Shown here piece after piece: positions 1 through 7,733 of a DNA stretch of 7,974 nt. Both the position numbers and the translations under genes were made by a program. Within the stretch, counting starts at the first letter, position 1, and every line of letters begins with the position of its first letter. This DNA comes from a virus. Its lineage: Duplodnaviria > Heunggongvirae > Uroviricota > Caudoviricetes. Below the pieces are notes generated by a model. The model was not told where the DNA came from. It did no database searches and saw only the letters and a program-made list of their open reading frames with translations. The stretch lies in the IMG/VR virus record IMGVR_UViG_2681813313_000001. One strand, written 5' to 3'.

Positions 1-80
1 TCATATTCATCCTGACTTTCCAGAACCATACGAATCGCCCGCTGACGGACTTCGGGGGAAAAACGAGTATTTTTAGTCAT
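1..80 (-). CDS. IS3-family transposase OrfA, N-terminal fragment (runs off window)
   Basis: Minus-strand ATG at 80..78; translation MTKNTRFSPEVRQRAIRMVLESQDEYD matches the N-terminus of IS3-group OrfA proteins (helix-turn-helix region) as I recall them. Confidence 0.8.
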   Translation of the reverse strand, partial: MTKNTRFSPEVRQRAIRMVLESQDEY

Positions 81-134
81 CCTGTTTACCTCTTTCTCAG
101 GGAGTTTAGTCTCCAGGATTTCCGGGGCGGTTCA
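1..134 (-). mobile_element. IS3-family insertion sequence (IS629/IS3411-like), terminal ~134 bp including inverted-repeat end; element continues beyond window start
   Basis: Reverse complement of 1-134 begins TGAACCGCCCCGG (IS3-family TG... terminus) and is followed by an SD (GAGG) and the orfA start; lambda P homology stops abruptly at ~134/135. Identity to IS629-like elements is from memory, not a search. Confidence 0.8.
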
Positions 135-727
135 GGTTCAGGGATCGCCTCACCACGGTTAATTCTCGCAGTCATATGGACAAGCTCATCTGCGGCCTTA
201 CGGCGTAATTCCGCATCAGTAAGCGCATTGGCCCGCATGTTCTGATACAGGTTGGTAACCAGCCAGTAGTGCGCGTTTGATTTCCACGGATAAGACTCCG
301 CATCCGGATACAGGCCTCGCTTCCGGCAATACTCGTAAACCATATCAACCAGCTCGCTGACGTTTGGCAGTCCGGCGGTAACGGATGCTTCTTCCCGGCA
401 CCATGCAACAAACTGCCCGGGTGATGGCAGAAATGGTCGATTCTGCCGACGGGCTACGCGCATTCCTGCGTTAACCTGTTCCATCGTGGTGATCCCGTTT
501 TCCCGAAAAGCCAGAACCCACTGGCGACGGATTTCGTTCACTTCGTTCTGGTCACGGTTAGCCAGGCTCGCCGGGAAAGTTGCCAGTAACTGGCTGAACA
601 CACCGTTGATGATCTGCGCTACCTGCTGTACCTGCGGCTTTTCGTCGTACTGTTCCGGCATGTTGTTGGCGATCCGACGCATCTGCTCACGGTCAAAGTT
701 AACCATCTGTGCGGCGATGTTTTTCAT
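86..727 (-). CDS. P: lambda replication protein P, C-terminally truncated; last ~15 codons are IS-derived (fusion tail)
   Basis: ORF translation MKNIAAQMVNFDREQMRRIANNMPEQYDEKPQVQQ... matches lambda P through ...RINRGEAIPEP, then diverges (EPPRKSWRLNSLRKR) exactly where the IS terminus starts. ATG at 727..725 overlaps the O stop (ATGA) as in lambda. Lambda P is 233 aa from memory; here ~198 P-derived residues. Confidence 0.9.
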   Translation of the reverse strand: MKNIAAQMVNFDREQMRRIANNMPEQYDEKPQVQQVAQIINGVFSQLLATFPASLANRDQNEVNEIRRQWVLAFRENGITTMEQVNAGMRVARRQNRPFLPSPGQFVAWCREEASVTAGLPNVSELVDMVYEYCRKRGLYPDAESYPWKSNAHYWLVTNLYQNMRANALTDAELRRKAADELVHMTARINRGEAIPEPEPPRKSWRLNSLRKR

Positions 728-1623
728 AGATCCACCCCGTAAATCCAGTCTGTGTTTGTCAGGTCGAGTTTTGGTTTGCTGGCTGTCACGCCTGCCTGTT
801 GCTTGTTACGGTTGATTTCGAGTTGGGTCCACTTATCGCGGAGTTTGGCCGGGCTCAGCACGTTACCGGACCAGAAGTTGTCCTGGCATGCCCAGCGGAA
901 CAGCACGCACATGTCGCGGTGGTTACGTCCGTCACGTTCACGCATCAGGCGGATATCGTTAGCCCACCCAGCAAAATTCGGTTTTCTGGCTGATGGTGCG
1001 ATAGTCTTCACCATGTCAAACATCCACTCTGCGGCGGTCAGGTCTTCTGCTGTCCCCCACTTGCTGCCGCTCTGAATTGCAGCATCCGGTTTCACCACAG
1101 AAAGGTCGTTTTCTGGCTGGTCAGAGGATTCGCCAGAATTCTCTGACGAATAATCTTTTCTTTTTTCTTTTGTAATAGTGTCTTTTGTGTCCCCCTGTTT
1201 TGAGGGATAGCAATCCCCCAATTTGAGGGATGTTTTATCCCTCGTTTTAGGGGATTTTCCCTCGTTTTGAGGGATGCACCATTCTGAGATGTTTTTATTT
1301 GGTCCAAACATGCCGCCTTGCTGCTTGATAATATTCATTCTGACGAGTTCTAACTTGGCTTCATTGCACCGTTTGACGGGTAACTTTGTAATCTCGCTAA
1401 GTTGAGAATCGGTGATTCTGTCCATTGGTTTATTCCACCCATAGGTTTTACGCAGAATGGCAAGCAGCACTTTAAACTGTCGCTTGGTCAGATCTGCGCC
1501 CGAATAAGCCTCAAGCAGCATATTTGATAGTCTGGCGTAACCATCATCGAGATCTGCCACATTACGCTCCTGTCCGGCAAAGTTACCTCTGCCGAAGTTG
1601 AGTATTTTTGCTGTATTTGTCAT
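724..1623 (-). CDS. O: lambda replication initiator protein O
   Basis: 299-aa translation MTNTAKILNFGRGNFAGQERNVADLDDGYARLSNMLLEAYSGADLTKRQFKVLLAIL... recognised as lambda O; SD AGGAG upstream of ATG at 1623; contains ori iterons internally as expected. Confidence 0.95.
   Translation of the reverse strand: MTNTAKILNFGRGNFAGQERNVADLDDGYARLSNMLLEAYSGADLTKRQFKVLLAILRKTYGWNKPMDRITDSQLSEITKLPVKRCNEAKLELVRMNIIKQQGGMFGPNKNISEWCIPQNEGKSPKTRDKTSLKLGDCYPSKQGDTKDTITKEKRKDYSSENSGESSDQPENDLSVVKPDAAIQSGSKWGTAEDLTAAEWMFDMVKTIAPSARKPNFAGWANDIRLMRERDGRNHRDMCVLFRWACQDNFWSGNVLSPAKLRDKWTQLEINRNKQQAGVTASKPKLDLTNTDWIYGVDL
1145..1276. repeat. ori-lambda: four ~19-bp O-binding iterons (about 1190-1276) plus adjacent AT-rich unwinding region (about 1145-1190), inside the O gene
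   Basis: Four tandem imperfect copies of the TCCCTC-AAAACG-AGGGA type palindrome seen at ~1191-1208, 1214-1232, 1236-1254, 1256-1274 (plus-strand reading: ccccctgttttgagggat / atcccccaatttgagggatg / tatccctcgttttaggggat / ttccctcgttttgagggatg), followed by a T/A-rich tract (taatcttttcttttttcttttgtaatag). Confidence 0.9.
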
Positions 1624-1633
1624 AATGACTCCT

Positions 1634-1712
1634 GTTGATAGATCCAGTAATGACCTCAGAACTCCATCTGGATTTGTTCAGAACGCTCGGTTGCCGCCGG
1701 GCGTTTTTTATT
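1634..1712 (+). ncRNA. oop: OOP antisense RNA (overlaps 3' end of cII), with intrinsic terminator ending in a T-run
   Basis: Sequence gttgatagatccagtaatgacctcagaactccatctggatttgttcagaacgctcggttgccgccgggcgttttttatt matches the lambda oop RNA as I remember it; GC-rich stem then TTTTTTATT at ~1695-1712; located antisense to cII 3' end. Exact ends approximate. Confidence 0.8.
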
Positions 1713-1949
1713 GGTGAGAATCGCAGCAACTTGTCGCGCCAATCGAGCCATGTCGTCGTCAACGACCCCCCATTCAAGAACAGCAAGCAGCATTGAGAAC
1801 TTTGGAATCCAGTCCCTCTTCCACCTGCTGATCTGCGACTTATCAACGCCCACAGCTTCCGCTGTCTTCTCAGTTCCAAGCATTGCGATTTTGTTAAGCA
1901 ACGCACTCTCGATTCGTAGAGCCTCGTTGCGTTTGTTTGCACGAACCAT
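1656..1949 (-). CDS. cII: transcriptional activator CII
   Basis: Translation from internal ATG (1949..1947): MVRANKRNEALRIESALLNKIAMLGTEKTAEAVGVDKSQISRWKRDWIPKFSMLLAVLEWGVVDDDMARLARQVAAILTNKKRPAATERSEQIQMEF (97 aa) = lambda CII; SD AAGGA upstream. The tool ORF 1656-2009 carries a 20-codon upstream extension that I reject. Confidence 0.95.
   Translation of the reverse strand: MVRANKRNEALRIESALLNKIAMLGTEKTAEAVGVDKSQISRWKRDWIPKFSMLLAVLEWGVVDDDMARLARQVAAILTNKKRPAATERSEQIQMEF
1927..1940 (+). promoter_or_regulatory. CII-binding site TTGC-N6-TTGC at the -35 region of pRE (promoter directed toward cI)
   Basis: ttgcgtttgtttgc read directly at 1927-1940, inside the first codons of cII on the opposite strand, the canonical lambda pRE arrangement. 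Confidence 0.85.
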
Positions 1950-2028
1950 ATGTAAGTATTTCCTTAGATAACAATTGATTGAATGTATGCAAATAAATGC
2001 ATACACCATAGGTGTGGTTTAATTTGAT

Positions 2029-2060
2029 GCCCTTTTTCAGGGCTGGGATGTGTAAGAGCG
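2029..2060 (-). promoter_or_regulatory. nutR (boxA CGCTCTTA at 2060..2053, boxB GCCCTGAAAAAGGGC at 2043..2029, minus-strand reading)
   Basis: Reverse complement of 2029-2060 reads cgctcttacacatcccagccctgaaaaagggc; boxB is a perfect 5-bp stem hairpin; located immediately downstream of cro stop. Confidence 0.9.
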
Positions 2061-2068
2061 GGAATGTC

Positions 2069-3424
<1,356 letters not shown>

Positions 3425-3474
3425 TCCCCACCTCAATCTCGATAACCAAAAAACAAACTATTTTCCGTTTAAAA

Positions 3475-3543
3475 ACAATGGAGTTTGTTTTTCATGCCCC
3501 CTTTTTACAATATTTCTTGTTTACAACATACAATCTTTCTTGT
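3475..3543. promoter_or_regulatory. Left operator OL1-3 (434-type) with pL promoter directed rightward (plus strand) toward N
   Basis: Three 14-bp ACAA-N6-TTGT sites: acaatggagtttgt (3475-3488), acaatatttcttgt (3507-3520), acaatctttcttgt (3530-3543); positioned between the cI-operon end and nutL/N. Confidence 0.8.
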
Positions 3544-3587
3544 AATTTTAAGCCATCAGCAGGACGCACTGACCACCATGAAGGTGA

Positions 3588-3618
3588 CGCTCTTAAAAAT
3601 TAAGCCCTGAAGAAGGGC
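3588..3618 (+). promoter_or_regulatory. nutL (boxA CGCTCTTA 3588-3595; boxB GCCCTGAAGAAGGGC 3604-3618)
   Basis: cgctcttaaaaattaagccctgaagaagggc read directly; boxB forms a 5-bp stem hairpin; upstream of N in the pL transcript. Confidence 0.9.
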
Positions 3619-3776
3619 AGCATTCAAAGCAGAAGGCTTTGGGGTGTGTGATACGAAACGAAGCATTGGCCGGAAGTGCGATTCCGGATTAGCTGCCAAT
3701 GTGCCAATCGCGGGGGGTTTTCGTTCAGGACTACAACTGCCACACACCACCAAAGCTAACTGACAGGAGAATCCAG

Positions 3777-4100
3777 ATGGATGCACAAACACGCCGCCGC
3801 GAACGTCGCGCAGAGAAACAGGCTCAATGGAAAGCAGCAAATCCCCTGTTGGTTGGGGTAAGCGCAAAACCAGTTAACCGCCCTATTCTCTCGCTGAATC
3901 GCAAACCGAAATCACGAGTAGAAAGCGCACTAAATCCGATAGACCTTACAGTGCTGGCTGAATACCACAAACAGATTGAAAGCAACCTGCAACGTATTGA
4001 GCGCAAGAATCAGCGCACATGGTACAGCAAGCCTGGCGAACGCGGCATAACATGCAGTGGACGCCAGAAAATTAAGGGAAAATCGATTCCTCTTATCTAG
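3777..4100 (+). CDS. N: antitermination protein N
   Basis: From ATG 3777: MDAQTRRRERRAEKQAQWKAANPLLVGVSAKPVNRPILSLNRKPKSRVESALNPIDLTVLAEYHKQIESNLQRIERKNQRTWYSKPGERGITCSGRQKIKGKSIPLI (107 aa) = lambda N with arginine-rich motif; SD AGGAGA upstream. The 133-aa tool ORF from 3699 is an upstream extension. Confidence 0.95.
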   Translation: MDAQTRRRERRAEKQAQWKAANPLLVGVSAKPVNRPILSLNRKPKSRVESALNPIDLTVLAEYHKQIESNLQRIERKNQRTWYSKPGERGITCSGRQKIKGKSIPLI

Positions 4101-4652
4101 TTACTTAGATATTGGCCTTGGCTTTATCTCAATATTATATGGATCATAGCTGGCAACTAATTCAGTCCAGTAAATATCCTCAATAGGGAATAATATATGC
4201 TTCCCATTCCATCGGGAAAAAGTTTTGTTCAACACACCAAGCTCAATCAACTCACTAATGTATGGGAATTGTTTTGATGTAACCACATACTTCCTGCCTT
4301 CATTAAGGGCTGCGCACAAAACCATAGATTGCTCTTCTGTAAGGTTTTGAATTACTGATCGCACTTTATCGTTTTGCATCTTAATGCGTTTTCTTAGCTT
4401 AAATCGCTTATATCTGGCGCTGGCAATAGCTGATAATCGATGCACATTAATTGCTAGCGAAAATGCAAGAGCAAAGACGAAAACATGCCACACATGAGGA
4501 ATACCGATTCTCTCATTAACATATTCAGGCCAGTTATCTGGGCTTAAAAGCAGAAGTCCAACCCAGATAACGATCATATACATGGTTCTCTCCAGAGGTT
4601 CATTACTGAACACTCGTCCGAGAATAACGAGTGGATCCATTTCTATACTCAT
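4101..4652 (-). CDS. sieB: superinfection exclusion protein SieB-like (membrane protein)
   Basis: Position (convergent with and abutting the N stop, between N and ral) and size match lambda sieB; hydrophobic N-terminal segments (MYMIVIWVGLLLL..., HVWHVFVFALAFSLAI) suggest membrane helices. First ATG is at 4652..4650 (the tool start at 4655 is a TTG). Assigned by synteny and memory, not sequence search. Confidence 0.7.
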   Translation of the reverse strand: MSIEMDPLVILGRVFSNEPLERTMYMIVIWVGLLLLSPDNWPEYVNERIGIPHVWHVFVFALAFSLAINVHRLSAIASARYKRFKLRKRIKMQNDKVRSVIQNLTEEQSMVLCAALNEGRKYVVTSKQFPYISELIELGVLNKTFSRWNGKHILFPIEDIYWTELVASYDPYNIEIKPRPISK

Positions 4653-4779
4653 CAAACTGTAGGGGTTGTAATAGTTTATCCGATTTCTCGCTGTAGGGGT
4701 ACACGAGAACCACCGAGCCTGATGTGGTTAAAAGACAGGCACAATCTTTACTACCGCAATCCACTATTTAAGGTGATAT

Positions 4780-4866
4780 ATGGAAGAAGAATTTGAAGAG
4801 TTCGAAGAGCATCCTCAGGATGTGATGGAACAATACCAGGACTATCCGTATGACTACGACTATTGA
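4780..4866 (+). CDS. small acidic ORF (28 aa), lambda orf28-like
   Basis: ATG 4780, translation MEEEFEEFEEHPQDVMEQYQDYPYDYDY, stop TGA 4864-4866; preceded by aaggtga SD-like; overlaps ral start by 17 nt in another frame. Tiny ORF; coding status uncertain. Confidence 0.45.
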   Translation: MEEEFEEFEEHPQDVMEQYQDYPYDYDY

Positions 4867-5050
4867 TAAAAATCAATGGTGTGGACAATTCAAGCGATGC
4901 AATGGATGCAAGCTGCAATCTGAATGCATGGTTAAGCCTGAAGAAATGTTTCCTGTAATGGAAGATGGGAAATATGTCGATAAATGGGCAATACGAACGA
5001 CGGCAATGATTGCCAGAGAACTTGGTAAACAGAACAACAAAGCTGCCTGA
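4850..5050 (+). CDS. ral: restriction alleviation protein Ral
   Basis: 66-aa translation MTTTIDKNQWCGQFKRCNGCKLQSECMVKPEEMFPVMEDGKYVDKWAIRTTAMIARELGKQNNKAA recognised as lambda Ral; Cys-rich. Confidence 0.88.
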   Translation: MTTTIDKNQWCGQFKRCNGCKLQSECMVKPEEMFPVMEDGKYVDKWAIRTTAMIARELGKQNNKAA

Positions 5051-5186
5051 TAGTGGCCTTTATTTTTGGCATAAATAACAGAATAAACACTGCACTGTGT
5101 ATTCATTCCAACGAGTGAATACACGGAGCAATGTCGCTCGTAACTAAACAGGAGCCGACTTGTTCTGATTATTGGAAATCTTCTTT

Positions 5187-5213
5187 GCCCTCCAGTGTGA
5201 GGGCGATTTTTTA
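5187..5213 (+). terminator. predicted intrinsic terminator hairpin in the pL operon (between ral and ea10-like gene)
   Basis: gccctc-cagtgt-gagggc perfect 6-bp GC-rich stem (5187-5192 / 5199-5204) followed by gaTTTTTTa (T-run 5207-5212). Expected to be read through by N-modified polymerase. Confidence 0.6.
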
Positions 5214-5232
5214 TCTATGAGGATATGAATAG

Positions 5233-5601
5233 ATGTCAAACATCAAAAAATACATCATTGATTACGACTGGAAAGCATCAATAGAAATTGAAATCGACCA
5301 TGACGTAATGACAGAGGAAAAACTTCACCAGATTAATAATTTCTGGTCAGACTCTGAATACCGACTCAATAAACACGGCTCTGTATTAAATGCTGTATTA
5401 ATCATGCTGGCGCAACATGCTCTGCTTATAGCAATTTCAAGCGAATTAAATGCATATGGTGTTGTGTGTGAGTTCGACTGGAATGATGGAAATGGTCAGG
5501 AAGGATGGCCTCCAATGGATGGTAGCGAAGGAATAAGAATTACCGATATCGATACATCAGGAATATTTGATCCAGATGATATGACTATCAAAGCCGCCTG
5601 A
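5233..5601 (+). CDS. ea10: Ea10-like early protein (122 aa), function unknown
   Basis: 122-aa ORF at the position and with the length of lambda ea10 (between ral and cIII, 72 bp upstream of cIII); acidic, AT-rich codon usage. Identity to lambda Ea10 is inferred from synteny and size; the sequence itself was not recalled. Confidence 0.6.
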   Translation: MSNIKKYIIDYDWKASIEIEIDHDVMTEEKLHQINNFWSDSEYRLNKHGSVLNAVLIMLAQHALLIAISSELNAYGVVCEFDWNDGNGQEGWPPMDGSEGIRITDIDTSGIFDPDDMTIKAA

Positions 5602-5673
5602 GCGCGGCGTTACCGCATACCAATTACGCTTCACTCGAGGCGTTTTTCGTTATGTATAAATAAGGAGCACACC

Positions 5674-5838
5674 ATGCAATATGCCATTGCAGGGTGGCCT
5701 GTTGCTGGCTGCCCTTCCGAATCTTTACTTGAACGAATCACCCGTAAATTACGTGACGGATGGAAACGCCTTATCGACATACTTAATCAGCCAGGAGTCC
5801 CGAAAAATGGATCAAACAATTATGGCTATCCAGACTAA
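5674..5838 (+). CDS. cIII: CIII protein (FtsH/HflB inhibitor, stabilises CII)
   Basis: ATG 5674 after SD taaggag; translation [54 protein letters not shown] (54 aa) = lambda CIII. Below the size cutoff of the supplied ORF track. Confidence 0.92.
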   Translation: MQYAIAGWPVAGCPSESLLERITRKLRDGWKRLIDILNQPGVPKNGSNNYGYPD

Positions 5839-5950
5839 ATTCACTATCGCCACTTTTATTGGCGATGAAAAGATGTTTCGTGAGGCCGTCGACGCTTATA
5901 AAAAATGGATATTAATACAGAAACTGAGATCAAGCAAAAGCATTCACTAA
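5807..5950 (+). CDS. kil: host-killing protein Kil (cell-division/FtsZ inhibitor)
   Basis: ATG 5807 (SD AGGAG upstream), translation [47 protein letters not shown] (47 aa) = lambda Kil; overlaps the 3' end of cIII in another frame. The tool ORF 5681-5950 is its upstream extension. Confidence 0.88.
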   Translation: MDQTIMAIQTKFTIATFIGDEKMFREAVDAYKKWILIQKLRSSKSIH

Positions 5951-6025
5951 CCCCCTTTCCTGTTTTCCTAATCAGCCTGGCATTTCGCGGGCGATATTTT
6001 CACAGCCATTTTCAGGAGTTCAGCC

Positions 6026-6322
6026 ATGAACGCTTATTACATTCAGGATCGTCTTGAGGCTCAGAGCTGGGCGCGTCACTACCAGCAGATCGCCCGTGAA
6101 GAGAAAGAGGCAGAACTGGCAGACGACATGGAAAAAGGCCTGCCCCAGCACCTGTTTGAATCGCTATGCATCGATCATTTGCAACGCCACGGGGCCAGCA
6201 AAAAAGCCATTACCCGTGCATTTGATGACGATGTTGAGTTTCAGGAGCGCATGGCAGAACACATCCGGTACATGGTTGAAACCATTGCTCACCATCAGGT
6301 TGATATTGATTCAGAGGTATAA
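6026..6322 (+). CDS. gam: Gam, RecBCD inhibitor (short GamS form, 98 aa); the upstream long-form (GamL) start at 5905 is in a different frame in this sequence
   Basis: Translation [98 protein letters not shown] recognised as lambda Gam; SD AGGAG 7 nt upstream of ATG 6026. Confidence 0.92.
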   Translation: MNAYYIQDRLEAQSWARHYQQIAREEKEAELADDMEKGLPQHLFESLCIDHLQRHGASKKAITRAFDDDVEFQERMAEHIRYMVETIAHHQVDIDSEV

Positions 6323-6327
6323 AACGG

Positions 6328-7113
6328 ATGAGTACAGCACTCGCAACGCTGGCTGGGAAGCTGGCTGAACGTGTCGGCATGGATTCTGTCGACCCACAGG
6401 AACTGATCACCACTCTTCGCCAGACGGCATTTAAAGGTGATGCCAGCGATGCGCAGTTCATCGCATTGTTGATCGTCGCCAACCAGTACGGCCTTAATCC
6501 GTGGACGAAAGAAATTTACGCCTTCCCTGACAAGCAGAACGGCATCGTTCCGGTGGTGGGCGTTGATGGCTGGTCCCGCATCATCAATGAAAACCAGCAG
6601 TTTGATGGCATGGACTTTGAGCAGGACAATGAATCCTGCACATGCCGGATTTACCGCAAGGACCGTAATCATCCGATCTGCGTTACCGAGTGGATGGATG
6701 AATGCCGCCGCGAACCATTCAAAACCCGTGAAGGCAGAGAAATCACGGGGCCGTGGCAGTCGCATCCTAAACGGATGTTACGGCATAAAGCCATGATTCA
6801 GTGTGCCCGTCTCGCCTTCGGATTTGCGGGTATCTATGACAAGGATGAAGCCGAGCGCATTGTCGAAAATACCGCATACACTGCAGAACGTCAGCCGGAA
6901 CGCGACATCACTCCGGTTAACGATGAAACCATGCAGGAGATTAACACTCTGCTGATTGCCCTGGACAAAACATGGGATGACGACTTATTGCCGCTCTGTT
7001 CCCAGATATTTCGCCGCGACATTCGCGCATCGTCAGAACTGACACAGGCCGAAGCAGTGAAAGCTCTTGGATTCCTGAAACAGAAAGCCACTGAGCAGAA
7101 GGTGGCAGCATGA
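6328..7113 (+). CDS. bet: Bet (Red-beta) single-strand annealing recombinase
   Basis: 261-aa translation [156 protein letters not shown]... = lambda Bet, full length. Confidence 0.95.
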   Translation: MSTALATLAGKLAERVGMDSVDPQELITTLRQTAFKGDASDAQFIALLIVANQYGLNPWTKEIYAFPDKQNGIVPVVGVDGWSRIINENQQFDGMDFEQDNESCTCRIYRKDRNHPICVTEWMDECRREPFKTREGREITGPWQSHPKRMLRHKAMIQCARLAFGFAGIYDKDEAERIVENTAYTAERQPERDITPVNDETMQEINTLLIALDKTWDDDLLPLCSQIFRRDIRASSELTQAEAVKALGFLKQKATEQKVAA

Positions 7114-7733
7114 CACCGGACATTATCCTGCAGCGTACCGGGATCGACGTGAGAGCTGTCGAACAGGGGGATGATGCATGGCACAAATTACGGCTCGGCG
7201 TCATCACCGCTTCAGAAGTTCACAACGTGATAGCAAAGCCCCGATCAGGAAAGAAGTGGCCTGACATGAAAATGTCCTACTTCCACACCCTGCTAGCTGA
7301 GGTTTGCACCGGTGTGGCTCCGGAAGTTAACGCTAAAGCGCTGGCCTGGGGAAAACAGTACGAGAACGACGCCAGAACCCTGTTTGAGTTCACTTCCGGC
7401 GTAAATGTTATTGAATCTCCGATCATCTATCGCGACGAAAGTATGCGCACCGCCTGCTCTCCCGATGGTTTATGCAGTGACGGCAACGGCCTTGAACTGA
7501 AATGCCCGTTTACCTCCCGGGATTTCATGAAGTTCCGGCTCGGTGGTTTCGAGGCCATAAAGTCGGCTTACATGGCCCAGGTGCAGTACAGCATGTGGGT
7601 GACGCGAAAAGATGCCTGGTACTTTGCCAACTATGACCCGCGCATGAAGCGTGAAGGCCTGCATTATGTCGTGATTGAGCGGAATGAAAAGTACATGGCG
7701 AGTTTTGACGAGATGGTGCCGGAGTTCAGGTGA
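7110..7733 (+). CDS. exo: lambda exonuclease (Red-alpha), 3'-truncated by IS1 insertion (about 206 of 226 codons retained; stop supplied by IS1 end)
   Basis: Translation [134 protein letters not shown]... matches lambda Exo up to ...VPEF, then the IS1 terminus (ggtgatgctgcc) supplies R-stop. ATG 7110 overlaps bet stop (ATGA). Confidence 0.9.
   Translation: MTPDIILQRTGIDVRAVEQGDDAWHKLRLGVITASEVHNVIAKPRSGKKWPDMKMSYFHTLLAEVCTGVAPEVNAKALAWGKQYENDARTLFEFTSGVNVIESPIIYRDESMRTACSPDGLCSDGNGLELKCPFTSRDFMKFRLGGFEAIKSAYMAQVQYSMWVTRKDAWYFANYDPRMKREGLHYVVIERNEKYMASFDEMVPEFR

Noticed and set aside
172-1307. Several ORFs inside P and O on either strand (172-411 -, 486-815 +, 752-1075 +, 799-993 +, 1092-1307 -)
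   Set aside because: Embedded in or antisense to the P and O coding sequences; Arg/Ser/Cys-rich translations typical of off-frame reads of GC-rich coding DNA.
1583-1942. 119-aa minus-strand ORF overlapping cII in another frame, and the plus-strand 86-aa ORF 1711-1971
   Set aside because: Both overlap the well-supported cII/oop region out of frame; no SD and no recognisable product.
1656-2009. 117-aa ORF: cII with a 20-codon upstream extension
   Set aside because: The canonical CII start MVRANKRN... begins at the internal ATG (1949) and has an SD; the extension would run through the pRE -10 region and has no SD.
3556-4006. Minus-strand ORFs antisense to the nutL leader and N (3556-3867, 3824-4006)
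   Set aside because: Antisense to nutL and N with no promoter or SD context; likely chance ORFs.
3699-4100. 133-aa ORF: N with a 26-codon upstream extension
   Set aside because: N begins at MDAQTRRRERR (ATG 3777) with an AGGAGA SD; the extension lies in the nutL leader.
4873-5124. 83-aa minus-strand ORF antisense to ral
   Set aside because: Antisense to a recognised gene and it starts inside the inverted repeat; no SD.
5602-5673. Possible weak hairpins (gcgg-cgtta-ccgc; acgc-N10-gcgt followed by ttttcgtt) upstream of cIII
   Set aside because: Stems are only 4 bp and the T-run is interrupted; too weak to call a terminator, though they may contribute to cIII leader structure.
5681-5950. 89-aa ORF spanning cIII and kil
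   Set aside because: The N-terminal part is an out-of-frame read across cIII; only the Kil portion from ATG 5807 matches the known protein.
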